DNA of 64,000 nt, taken from NCBI GenBank assembly GCA_045628925.1, contig JAZQQF010000197.1, forward strand, positions 758-64,757. Reading direction: 5' to 3'. Numbering within the stretch: position 1 is the stretch's first letter; each line of letters starts with the position of its first letter. Below are positions 28,723 to 38,300 of the stretch, piece by piece. A model generated the notes under the pieces. That model was not told the origin of the DNA. It saw nothing but the letters and a program-made list of their open reading frames with translations, and made no database searches. The DNA comes from Oscillospiraceae bacterium (GTDB taxonomy: Bacteria > Bacillota > Clostridia > Oscillospirales > Oscillospiraceae). The position numbers and the translations under genes were made by a program.

Positions 28723-30330
28723 ATGCCTAAGAAAGCGATCCTGACCGTGCATCCCGCCTTCCGCGTCGGGGAAATCTCGCCCCGGCTCTACGGCGCGTTT
28801 CTGGAACCCATCGGCAATATGGTCAACGGCAATATGTATAACCCCAAGCACCCCACCGCGGACGACAAAGGCTTCCGCGGCGACTTCATCCAGTCTCTGA
28901 AGGAGACCCCGCTGCCCGCGGTGCGCCTCCCCGGCGGCAACTTCGTCTCCGGCTGGGACTGGAAGGATTCCATCGGCCCCATCGAGCAGCGCAAGGCGCA
29001 CCTTGACCTTGCGTGGCACCAGTACATCCCCAACGACGTGGGACACGACGAATATCTGCAGTGGGCCGAGCGGGTCGGCTTCGAGCCGCTGTATACCATC
29101 AATCTGGGCACCGGCAATCTGAACGACGCGGTGTATATCACCGAATACACGAACCACGAGGGCGGCACGTGGTGGTCCGACCTGCGGCGGAAATACGGAC
29201 ATGAGCAGCCCTACGGCGTGAAGCTCTGGTATCTGGGCAACGAGATGGACGGCCCGTGGCAGGTGGCCTCGTGGGAGCGGGATCCGAGAGGCTACGGCAT
29301 CCTCGCCAATGAGACCAGTAAGGCTATGAAGTGGGTGGACGGCTCCATCGAGACCGCCGTCTGCGTGTCCTCCTCGCCCTTCCTCGCCCACTACCCTCAG
29401 TGGGATCTGGAGGTGCTGCAGGAGTGCTATGAATCCGTGGACTACGTTTCCCTGCACCACTACCATTCCGCCCCGGCGGACGATTGGGGCGCGCTGCTGG
29501 GCGGCAGCATCTTCTTCGAGGATTACATCAACACGGAGATCGCCCTCTGCGACTTCGTGCAGACCAAGTGCCGCAGCCCGCGGAAGATGATGCTCTCCTT
29601 CGATGAATACGGCGTCATGCCCCGGGAGCACGGCACGGTGGCGCCGGGCTACGGGCCGCACAACCTCTACCGGGCGCACTATGCCTTCAACCCCAATCAG
29701 AAGTACGTCCGCCACGACCCGGACAAGATGCCCTCCTTCGGGCCGGGCATGGGCCACGGCGATATGCTGAACGCGCTGGGGAACACCAGCGTCCTGCTGG
29801 CCTTCCTGCGCCATGCCGACCGGGTGAAGGTCGGCTGCATGACCGGCGGCCTCGGCGCCCTCACCAGCGCCGACCATGACCACGTGTGGCGCAGCGCCTC
29901 CTACTATCCCTTCACCCAGCTGATGGAGTGGGGCAGAGGCACCAGTATGCAGGTCAGCGTGAGCTGCGATACCTTCGATATCCCCGGCTACGTGGTGGAT
30001 GATAACTCCACCTATTACACCCACGAGGGTCTGCCCTTCATCGACGCTGCCGCGGCCCTCAGCGAGGATGAGACGGAGCTGAACCTCTTCGTCATCAACC
30101 GGAACTGGGAGGCCTCTAACGAGCTGGAGCTGGACGTGAGCGGCTTCGAGGGCTGGCAGCTGACGGAGCATATCGAGATGTTCTCCAAAGACGTGAACGC
30201 GGCGAACACGTGGGACAATCCCGACGCGGTGAAGCCCGTGAAGAACGGTCAGACGAAGCTGGAGGGCGGAAAGGTGCTGGCCACCGTGCAGCCCCTGAGC
30301 TGGAACGTGTTCCGGCTGAAAAAAGCGTAA
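28723..30330 (+). CDS. abfA: alpha-L-arabinofuranosidase, glycoside hydrolase family 51
   Basis: RLYGAFLEPIG, RLPGGNFVSGWDWKD and the LGNEMDGPWQ acid/base Glu motif are GH51-typical. 535 aa. Confidence 0.9.
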   Translation: MPKKAILTVHPAFRVGEISPRLYGAFLEPIGNMVNGNMYNPKHPTADDKGFRGDFIQSLKETPLPAVRLPGGNFVSGWDWKDSIGPIEQRKAHLDLAWHQYIPNDVGHDEYLQWAERVGFEPLYTINLGTGNLNDAVYITEYTNHEGGTWWSDLRRKYGHEQPYGVKLWYLGNEMDGPWQVASWERDPRGYGILANETSKAMKWVDGSIETAVCVSSSPFLAHYPQWDLEVLQECYESVDYVSLHHYHSAPADDWGALLGGSIFFEDYINTEIALCDFVQTKCRSPRKMMLSFDEYGVMPREHGTVAPGYGPHNLYRAHYAFNPNQKYVRHDPDKMPSFGPGMGHGDMLNALGNTSVLLAFLRHADRVKVGCMTGGLGALTSADHDHVWRSASYYPFTQLMEWGRGTSMQVSVSCDTFDIPGYVVDDNSTYYTHEGLPFIDAAAALSEDETELNLFVINRNWEASNELELDVSGFEGWQLTEHIEMFSKDVNAANTWDNPDAVKPVKNGQTKLEGGKVLATVQPLSWNVFRLKKA

Positions 30331-30440
30331 GACGCAATAACGTGGGGGTCGCCCGGTGGGGCGGCCCCCTTTTCTGTGTCTTGCGTATCGGTGGGGATTC
30401 GGGTATAATCCGCTCAGACGGAGAAAAGGCAGGGAAGCAC

Positions 30441-31478
30441 ATGAGCGAATATTACTACGGGTATCTGGGGAAGACCCCGGACGGGCGGGAAAAGCAGCGG
30501 GCCTATCATCTCATCCGGCAGGGCGTTGCGGCGCTGGAGCCGTCCTTCGCCGTGCCGAGGCTGGAGAACGAGGCGCTGTCGGAGGTGTTCACCCTCGTGA
30601 TGCTGGATCACCCGGAGATCTTCTATGCGCCGGGCTTTACCTATTCCTTCTATCCGCAGGCGGATTCCGTGGAGCTGAAGCCCCGGTATCTGTTCAAAAA
30701 GAAGGAGATTCAGGAGCATCAGAAGGCCATCGACGCCCGCATCCGCAAGCTCATCCGCCCGGCGGAGGGGCTGGATCCGCTGGGACGGGAGCAGTTCGTG
30801 CATGACTTCATCTGCCGGAACGTGCGGTACGACAAGCTGAAAAAGGACTATTCCCATGAGATCATCGGGCCGCTGACACAGGGCGTGGGCGTCTGCGAGG
30901 GTATCGCCAAAACGGTGAAGGCCCTCTGCGACGCGCTGCAGCTGCCCTGTATCATCGCCTTCTGCCACAATAACCCGGAAAAGGGCATCAAATACCGCCA
31001 CGCATGGAACCTGGTGCAGCTGGGCGGGAAGTATTACAATCTGGACGCGACCTTTGATAATACCCTCACCGCGGGCGGCGAAGTGCGCTACGACTATTTC
31101 AATATCGACGATACCGCCCTCCGGCGGGACCATGAGCCGCTGGTATGGCCGGTGCCCGCCTGCACGGACAAGAGCGCTTTCTATTATCTCAGGCAGAAGC
31201 TTTCCTTTACAAAGCAGGAAGAGCTGCGTTCCCGCGCTGCACAGGCGGCGAAAAAGAACCGGGAGCTGACCTTCCACTGGCGGGGCGGCTACCTCACCCG
31301 CGAGACGCTGAAAGCGCTGTGCGCCATTCTGGAGGAGGAAGCGGGGAAACGGGACAAGGCCGCCAGCCTCAGCCTGAACTGGCCGCAGGCGGTGATGCGC
31401 GTGGGCTTTTCGCCCCGCAGCGCGGGCGGAGAGACGCAGCTGCGCATGGAGGAAGCAAACGAGGGCGAACTGGAATAA
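30441..31478 (+). CDS. transglutaminase-like cysteine peptidase superfamily protein
   Basis: ATG at 30441. Cys-His-Asp core pattern GVCEGIAK ... YRHAWNLVQLGGKYYNLDATFD. Confidence 0.75.
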   Translation: MSEYYYGYLGKTPDGREKQRAYHLIRQGVAALEPSFAVPRLENEALSEVFTLVMLDHPEIFYAPGFTYSFYPQADSVELKPRYLFKKKEIQEHQKAIDARIRKLIRPAEGLDPLGREQFVHDFICRNVRYDKLKKDYSHEIIGPLTQGVGVCEGIAKTVKALCDALQLPCIIAFCHNNPEKGIKYRHAWNLVQLGGKYYNLDATFDNTLTAGGEVRYDYFNIDDTALRRDHEPLVWPVPACTDKSAFYYLRQKLSFTKQEELRSRAAQAAKKNRELTFHWRGGYLTRETLKALCAILEEEAGKRDKAASLSLNWPQAVMRVGFSPRSAGGETQLRMEEANEGELE

Positions 31479-31482
31479 AGAA

Positions 31483-31508
31483 TCCCCGCAGGCAAAAGCC
31501 TGCGGGGA
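31483..31508. terminator. bidirectional terminator hairpin between convergent genes
   Basis: tccccgcaggc / gcctgcgggga perfect 11-bp stem with an aaaa loop. Confidence 0.6.
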
Positions 31509-31523
31509 TGAATCTGTTATTCG

Positions 31524-32984
31524 TCAGTTATCGCCCCGGTGATAGCGGATACGCATATGCTCGGAGGCGTTTTTCAGGATGCTGTTCAGCGCCTTGTCGG
31601 ATTCCTGCTTCACCATGTCCGCGATCTTCTGATTGGCTTCCTTCAGAATGGAAGCGTCCGCTCCGGCGATGAGCTTTTCATCGTATTCTTTGAGGAGCTT
31701 CCGGCTCCGGTTCCAGACGGCGTTTTCATAGCGCTCGTCGAAAATGAGGCTCGTGCCATAGTGCGCGTCCACCAGCGCGGCGATGAGGCGGCTGTGCCAG
31801 TACATCCGGTCGGTGCTGACGGTCTCGGTGGTGCCGGAAAAATAGGCGGGGAAGGCGTCCACCTTCGCGTAGACGGGGAAGCAGGCGGTGAAGCCGCTGC
31901 CGCCCATGCTGAACCACTCCACGCCCTTGATGGCGTCCGGCAGCCAGCCGCGGATCTGCAGGATGCCGCACACGTCGCTGTTGGGAACGCCGATGGTGCG
32001 GTATTTCCCCTTCATGGCGGCGGTCTTATCATAGGGGTCATAGGGCGTGCCCTGATAGTAGGAACCCAGCAGATAGCGCACGTCCTCCACCGTCACCTTC
32101 CGCTCCGGCACGAAGGACCAGGGGATATCGTTGCTCTCCGGGGTGAAGTCGGCGTTTTCCCCGTCCCAGCGGAAGCTGCGCTCGAGGAAATAGCGGGCCA
32201 TATACCACGCCCGGGGCGTATTGTAGATATGGTCGGAATCGGCGCGGGAGCCGAAGGCCAGCCGGGGATTGAACACGCTGGGATCCTGACCGGTGTAAAG
32301 GCGATTCTCTTCCGTGAACGCTTTCAGGTCGGCGGAGCAGAGGTTCTCCTTCTGCGCCCCGGCAGCGTCGGCAAAATCGAACGTATCCAGCCCGAACTGG
32401 TTGGGCATGATGACCACCCGGTCATCCGGCACGCGGCGGGCGATCCAGTGGTGGCCGCCGATGGTCTCCATCCACCAGACCTCGTTTTCGTCGCTGAAGG
32501 CGATGCCGTTGGGCTCATAGGTGCCGTACTGCTCCAGCAGGCTCCCCAGACGCAGCACGCCCTCCCGCGCCGAGCGGATATAGGGGAGCACCAGCGTGCA
32601 GAGATCCTCCTCGCCGATGCCGCCGGGCACTTCCTTTTTCCGGCCCTTTGCGGGCTGATATTCCACATAGGGGTCCGCGCCCAGCACGCGGGGGTTGGAG
32701 GTGACGGTCTCCGTGGCGGTCATGGCCACGTTCGCCTCGTTGATGCCGCAGGCGGGCCATACGCCGCGCTTCTGGTCCACATTGGGCGCGGTGGTATAGC
32801 GCATGGGATCGTCCGGCAGGGCCACCGTCAGATGGGAGATGACGGTCTTGTAGCTGCGGGGCTGCTTTTCGGGCGCGGTCACCAGCAGGCGCTTGGCCTC
32901 GAAGCCGCCGTCGTCATTCCGGGAGATGATGGTGGAGCCGTCGTTACTGGCTTTTTTGCCGACGAGAATGGTGGTACAGGGCAT
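31524..32984 (-). CDS. C69 family dipeptidase
   Basis: N-terminal MPCTTILVGKKAS.DGS (Ntn Cys nucleophile), 486 aa, with family-typical WW.E..GGH.W and NQF motifs. Confidence 0.9.
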   Translation of the reverse strand: MPCTTILVGKKASNDGSTIISRNDDGGFEAKRLLVTAPEKQPRSYKTVISHLTVALPDDPMRYTTAPNVDQKRGVWPACGINEANVAMTATETVTSNPRVLGADPYVEYQPAKGRKKEVPGGIGEEDLCTLVLPYIRSAREGVLRLGSLLEQYGTYEPNGIAFSDENEVWWMETIGGHHWIARRVPDDRVVIMPNQFGLDTFDFADAAGAQKENLCSADLKAFTEENRLYTGQDPSVFNPRLAFGSRADSDHIYNTPRAWYMARYFLERSFRWDGENADFTPESNDIPWSFVPERKVTVEDVRYLLGSYYQGTPYDPYDKTAAMKGKYRTIGVPNSDVCGILQIRGWLPDAIKGVEWFSMGGSGFTACFPVYAKVDAFPAYFSGTTETVSTDRMYWHSRLIAALVDAHYGTSLIFDERYENAVWNRSRKLLKEYDEKLIAGADASILKEANQKIADMVKQESDKALNSILKNASEHMRIRYHRGDN

Positions 32985-33153
32985 AGAAAGATCCTCCTTG
33001 ATGAGATATCCGTATTTTTCTCCAGTATACCACAGCTACGGCGGAAATTCGACCCCGTTTTGCCCCGAAAAAGCCGAAAACCCGTGCTTGACAGAACGCG
33101 ACTTTCATTATAGGATAGAATCAACAAAAATTTACGGAAAGGAAGATAGAATT

Positions 33154-34146
33154 ATGGCAGAAAAGAACGAATTCCTGTTTGATCTCAAGACACCGGAGAC
33201 CACGTGGAAGGGCATCTCCCACAGCTATTTCGCGAACGGGCAGGTTTCCTCCGACGTTGGCTCGGTTACGGACGCCGAGGGCGAACATGGCCTTTACTGG
33301 TGCCTCGACTCGCTGATGCACAAGACGCCCGACGCGGACAAGGTGGAAAAGACCCCCATGCCCCATTTCCACTGGCGCGGCTATGAGACCTTCTTCGTGG
33401 ACAGCGGCAGCCTCTATCTCTATATCGACGGGATGAAGGCCAAGGCGACGAAGGGCGACATCGTCCACCTGCAGGCGGGCCAGTCTCAGGGTATGCTGTT
33501 CCTTGACGACGTGAAGTGGCGCGGCACCTACCATGATTTTGAGACCTATCCCGAAGCCGGCGACGTGGGCCGCGTCAAGCGCTATATGCCCGAGCTGGCG
33601 GACGATCCGGAGCTGGCGGCCCTCGGCGCCCGCGGTTTCATGGATTCCAACCCCATCGAGCCCTTCCTCTGCCGCGAGGTGCCCACGGAGCAGTGCATCG
33701 CCATCAAGAACATTTCCCGTCCCCACGCCTCCTATGAGTTCCCCGGCTGCAGCTTCAAGATCGTGGTGGAGCGCTGGGAGAACGGCGGCGTGAAGGAGCT
33801 GGACTGCGCGGTCATGGAGCCGGGCTTCACCGCTCAGTGGGTGAAGTATCCGCCGCTCCGTGAGCTGTTCTACCTCCGCAGCGGCAAGGTGAAGTTCACC
33901 ATCTGCGGGCAGGAATTCATCGCGGACGATGAGTGCGTCATCAATGCGCCCCGCTACGCGCCCCGGAGCATCGAGGTTCTGGAAAAGGCCGAGATGTATG
34001 ACCTTGGCGGCCAGCCCTACTGGTCCCTGTTCCTGCAGAACTATGCTTCCATCCAGCACTACGATCCCGCCCGCCTCACCGCGGAGAAGATCGCCGAGCT
34101 GAAAAAGAAGTTCCACATTCAGGTCGAGAGCATCGGCATGAAGTGA
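33154..34146 (+). CDS. bicupin-like protein of unknown function
   Basis: ATG at 33154. First cupin core HFHWRGYETFFVDSGSLYLYIDG..AKATKGDIVHL. A second beta-barrel-like half lies near the C-terminus. Confidence 0.6.
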   Translation: MAEKNEFLFDLKTPETTWKGISHSYFANGQVSSDVGSVTDAEGEHGLYWCLDSLMHKTPDADKVEKTPMPHFHWRGYETFFVDSGSLYLYIDGMKAKATKGDIVHLQAGQSQGMLFLDDVKWRGTYHDFETYPEAGDVGRVKRYMPELADDPELAALGARGFMDSNPIEPFLCREVPTEQCIAIKNISRPHASYEFPGCSFKIVVERWENGGVKELDCAVMEPGFTAQWVKYPPLRELFYLRSGKVKFTICGQEFIADDECVINAPRYAPRSIEVLEKAEMYDLGGQPYWSLFLQNYASIQHYDPARLTAEKIAELKKKFHIQVESIGMK

Positions 34147-34180
34147 GTCCGCGGGTCTCCCGAAGACAGCTGAACATACG

Positions 34181-34218
34181 AATGACGATGGCAGGTTATG
34201 CTGCCATCGTCATTTTTT
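34181..34218 (+). terminator. intrinsic terminator
   Basis: Perfect 14-bp stem aatgacgatggcag / ctgccatcgtcatt with a 6-nt loop, followed by tttt. Confidence 0.7.
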
Positions 34219-34249
34219 CGTTATTGGAGCCTGCGGTTTCGGGGAAGGG

Positions 34250-35053
34250 TCACACAAAACGGCTCATTGCCGCAAACAGATGCGCGACCTCGATCGGCTT
34301 TTCGATGTGGTCGTCCATGCCGGCCTCTAGCGATTTCTGCCGATCCTCCGCGAAGGCATTGGCGGAAAGGGCGATGATGGGGATGTGCTGATTGGGATAC
34401 ATGGCGCGGATCGCCTTCGTGGCATCGTAGCCGTTCATATAAGGCATCTGGATATCCATCAGGATAAAGTCCACGTAATTGGCGCCCATTTTCCGCATCA
34501 GGTCGACCGCGACCGTGCCGTCCTCCGCGGTCTCCACGATCAGACCGGCTTCATCCTGCAGGATATCCGTTGCGATCTCGCGGTTCAGCTCGTTATCCTC
34601 CACCAGCAGGACCCGCTTTCCCTTCAATTTGGCGGAAGGGTCGTTCTGCGAAGCATCCCGATCCGCTTCCTCCGCAGCCTCCTCCCGGACGGCCATGGGG
34701 AATACGACGGTGAATGTGGTGCCCTGACCCAGCTTGCTCTCGCATCGGATGGTGCCGCCCATGATATCCACGAACGCTTTCGTAACGGAAAGCCCCAGCC
34801 CGGTACCCTGAATGCCGCTGGTGGTGGTATTGACCTCGCGGGCAAATTCCTCAAACATATGCTGCTGGAATTCCTCACTCATGCCCATGCCGTTGTCCGA
34901 TACCGTGAACTGATAATACCGGGTGTCGCCCTCCTCACGCTCCAACTGGGTGGCGGTCAGCCGGACCTGCCCGCCGCTCTGGGTGTATTTGATCGCGTTG
35001 GTGCCGAGATTCAGCAGCACGCGGCTGAAGCGGGTCTTGTCTACCAAAATGTG
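34250..35053 (-). pseudogene. 5'-truncated hybrid sensor histidine kinase (HATPase_c + receiver domain only)
   Basis: N box LLNLGTNAIKYT, G1 DNGMGM, F box FEEFAR and G2 GTGLGLSV, then a REC domain (VLLVEDNELN, ILMDIQMPYMNG, IIALSANAF, EKP). No HisKA/H-box and no sensor region are present. The only in-frame ATG (35401) adds 115 aa of Arg/Pro/Ser-rich non-homologous sequence overlapping the neighbouring gene. Confidence 0.7.
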
Positions 35054-35312
35054 TTCATGGAACGCATCGACAGATCGTTCCGGTTCTTCTCTTTCATAGG
35101 CTGCTTCTCTTTCCGGCAGCGCCGTGTGCTGCCGCCGACCTCCGAGCCGTGCGAGGACGGCAGTTTCGTTAAAAGCATATAAACTAACAGAGTAATTATA
35201 CACCGGATTGCGGAAGCAGCCAGCGGTTTCTGCGGACTTCCTGACGTTGGCCGCCCCTTCACGGGGGAGGGCGGGAAAGCGGCGGGGATGCGCGGATGAG
35301 CGGGAGCGCCCG

Positions 35313-35365
35313 AAAAAACGCCAGGCCCCCGAGGATGGGGACCCTGCCGTAGGGGGGCGGCGTTT
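35313..35365 (-). terminator. intrinsic terminator of the 1349-aa gene
   Basis: On the minus strand, aaacgccgcccccc ... gggggcctggcgtt forms an imperfect stem followed by tttttt, immediately after the TGA at 35367-35369. Confidence 0.5.
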
Positions 35366-35366
35366 C

Positions 35367-38300
35367 TCAGACGCCGGCCTCACGCTGATTCCGGGAAGCA
35401 TGGTTCGGATGCGTATCCGCGTACGCGCCCGGGCCGACGCCGGCGGCCCGTTCTGCTTCCGTCCAATAATAGTTCTGCATATTCTCTTTTGTCTTGAGCG
35501 CCGTGCAGGTCACTTCCCGCTTCTCCTGCAGAAGATCCTTCAGGCCCGCGGCGCCCAGCCCCGCGATATGCGCGTTGAACTCATGGGTCTTCATGACCCG
35601 CACGCGCTTTTCCGCCCGGGCGTTTCTGCCGGTCCCGGTGTCCTCCTCTGCCATGCGCCCACTCGCAGTCCGCACAGTCTGCCGGTCCGGTTTTCCGGGA
35701 TCGGTCAGCTCCGACATCAGCTGCCGGTCGACTGCTTTCAGATTGGAATCCAGAGAATTTTTCAGCCGCCGATGCCCGTCGGCAAGGCCATCCAGATATG
35801 CCTTCTCGGCATACAGGTTTTTCAGGAAAAGCTCATAGCTCAGATTGGGCTGCCAGATCAGGTCGCTGATCGCCACGATCTTACGCGCCACGCAGAGCCG
35901 GTCGACCTGATCGCTGTCCAGACGCTGGCCCTTCTTCTGACCGATGTAGGCTCTGGCGGTTTCGGCGAGTTCAAAGAAATCCTCTTTCATGGAACGCTCC
36001 CCGCCGGCTTCCATATCATAGCGGTCGAAGCGCTTGAAGATGTCTTTCAGCTGGTCGCTCATCTGCCGGCGCATCGTACCGGCGGGCAGCATCCCGTCCG
36101 CGCGGCTCAGATCCCTGATCAGCTGAGAGGTCAGCCTGATGGCGTCCGTGTAAATGAGGAGCTGCTCGGTCTGAATCGGCAGGTTGGGGGCGTCTTTCAG
36201 CGCATAGCTGGCGTTCTGCGCCGCTTCGGCGGGCGCGGCAAGGGTTTTGCCCTCATAGGTTTTGATATCCTTGCGAATGTAGAAGTGCGGTTTCCCGTCC
36301 GTCCGGCGAAGGTTGGCGGCAAGGACGCGGAGCGCAGGCTCCGGGTCGGCGGGTTTGTTCCCGCTAAACACCATGATCTGGCCTTTTTTGACCAGCTCCG
36401 TGAAGGATTCGTATTTCTGCGCGGTTGTCTCGCCCTTGAGCTCGAGGGAATTGAGGATCTTCTCCTCCTCTGCCGTCAGCGGTTCCCGCTGCGAGCCCGC
36501 GTTCCGGGCCGAAATGAAATATCGGTTTTTGAGATCGGCCTTCCGGGCGTCCCGGTCCGGGTACAGGAAATGCGCCGCCAGCTCTTTGCCGGAATACCGG
36601 AAGACCGGGCTGCTTTTCGCATCCGGCTGCTCCAGCGGGACGCTGCCGCGCACTTCGCCCATGAGCTGCCGGCTCGTCAGACCGGCCTTGACGTATTCCG
36701 GGCCCATCGCTTCCAGATTGACCAGCGCGGCTCTGTTTTTCAGCTCCGCCGTGCGGAAGGGGAGGTCGGAGGGCGGCTCCGGCTGGGACTGCGCCTCTGC
36801 GGCGGCCGCTTCCCTGACCGCCTCATAGACCGCCTGAAATTTGCTCATGGTCTTCAGCCGCGTGACCTGACGGGAGCTGAGCGAGGCGGACTCGCCCCTG
36901 GCTTCCTGATACTGCTCCATGGCCCGGACAGCCGGCTGGAACGCTTTTTCCAGATCGGAAAAGTTCTTGCGGATGAACTCCGGGTCGTCGAATTTCTTGC
37001 TTAATTCCACCAGCGCCTCGCTGGCCTTCACGTATTCCGGGGTGCTGTTGACCCAGAAATGCTGGGTGGAAAGCAGGTCCGCCGTCAGCTCGTTCACTCT
37101 GCCCTTCAGATAGGGGTAAACGGAAGCGGCCCCGTAGAATTTCACCTGATTGGTCAGCGTCGCGGCGCCGCTGTTCGCCACCTCGACGGAGCTGAACGAG
37201 CCGTTCCGATAGACGTGGAGATAGGAAACGTCATGCTCGTCGGCAGTGGCGGGGCGGATGCGCTCGAACAGGGCGGCGCATCCGGTGCTTCCGGGGATGG
37301 CCCTTCCGTTATTGTCCAGGATCAGGCCCTTGCCGAAGGCTTCCTCGACCATCTTCTCGGCTTTCTGATATTTTTCCGCTGCCGCGGCCGTTTTGCCCTG
37401 CTGCGCCTGCTGGGACGCGGAAAGGGCGTTCCATTCATCAAACCGGTCGAGGGTCTTGAGCATCCCCTCCAGAAACGCCTGATACGGCGTCTGTTCCGGA
37501 TGCTCGCCGTATTTGCCGACCCAGCCGTACGGGCCGACACCGGCTTCCTTCTCCACTTCCTTCCAGTGCTGCTGCAGGATGTTGACGCGGGTGTCGAGCG
37601 CCTTGCAGGTGGTTTCCCGGTCTTCACGGAGCAGCTTTTTCAGATCGCCGGCGCGCAGCTCCGTGCCCAGACTGGTCGTATGCATGGTGAAGTCATTGGA
37701 AGCAATGATGTCCTGCCGCCGCTGATCCATGGCGTCCTGCAGGCTTTTCGGGCTGGTGTAGTCCGTCAGCACCCTGACCATGGCCAACCGCGCTTCGTTG
37801 GGCTCGATTTTGAACGCATCCGCCAGAGAATGCGCCCGGGCATGGATATCGGCAATGCCATCGAGAAAGATCTTCTCGGCGTACATATTCCGAAGATATT
37901 CCGCGTGCGTCAGATCGGGCCTGCGGAGCAGCCCTTCCATGACGACGATCCTGTGCGCCACACAGAGCCGGTCGACCTGCCGGTCATCCATGCTCTGACC
38001 CGCCTTGTCGGCAATATAGGACGCGGCAGCCAGCGCGGCATCGTGCAGAAGGTACTGAACCTCCGCCTCCGGAGCACCACCGGGCCCGGGGAGGCTCTCC
38101 GAAGCTTTGGTGAGTTCGTCGTGCATCCGCTTCCGCTTGTCGCTGGGGCCGAAAACCGTTCCGGCGCGCTGCAGATCCGCTTCCAGCGACTTCAGATCGG
38201 AGCGGAGCTCCTGCAGGATCAGCCGTTTTTCCGCAGCGTTGGCGGCTGCGTTTGAAGGTTCGACGAAGAAGCTCATCGTTTCGGCGCCGGCATAGGAAGG

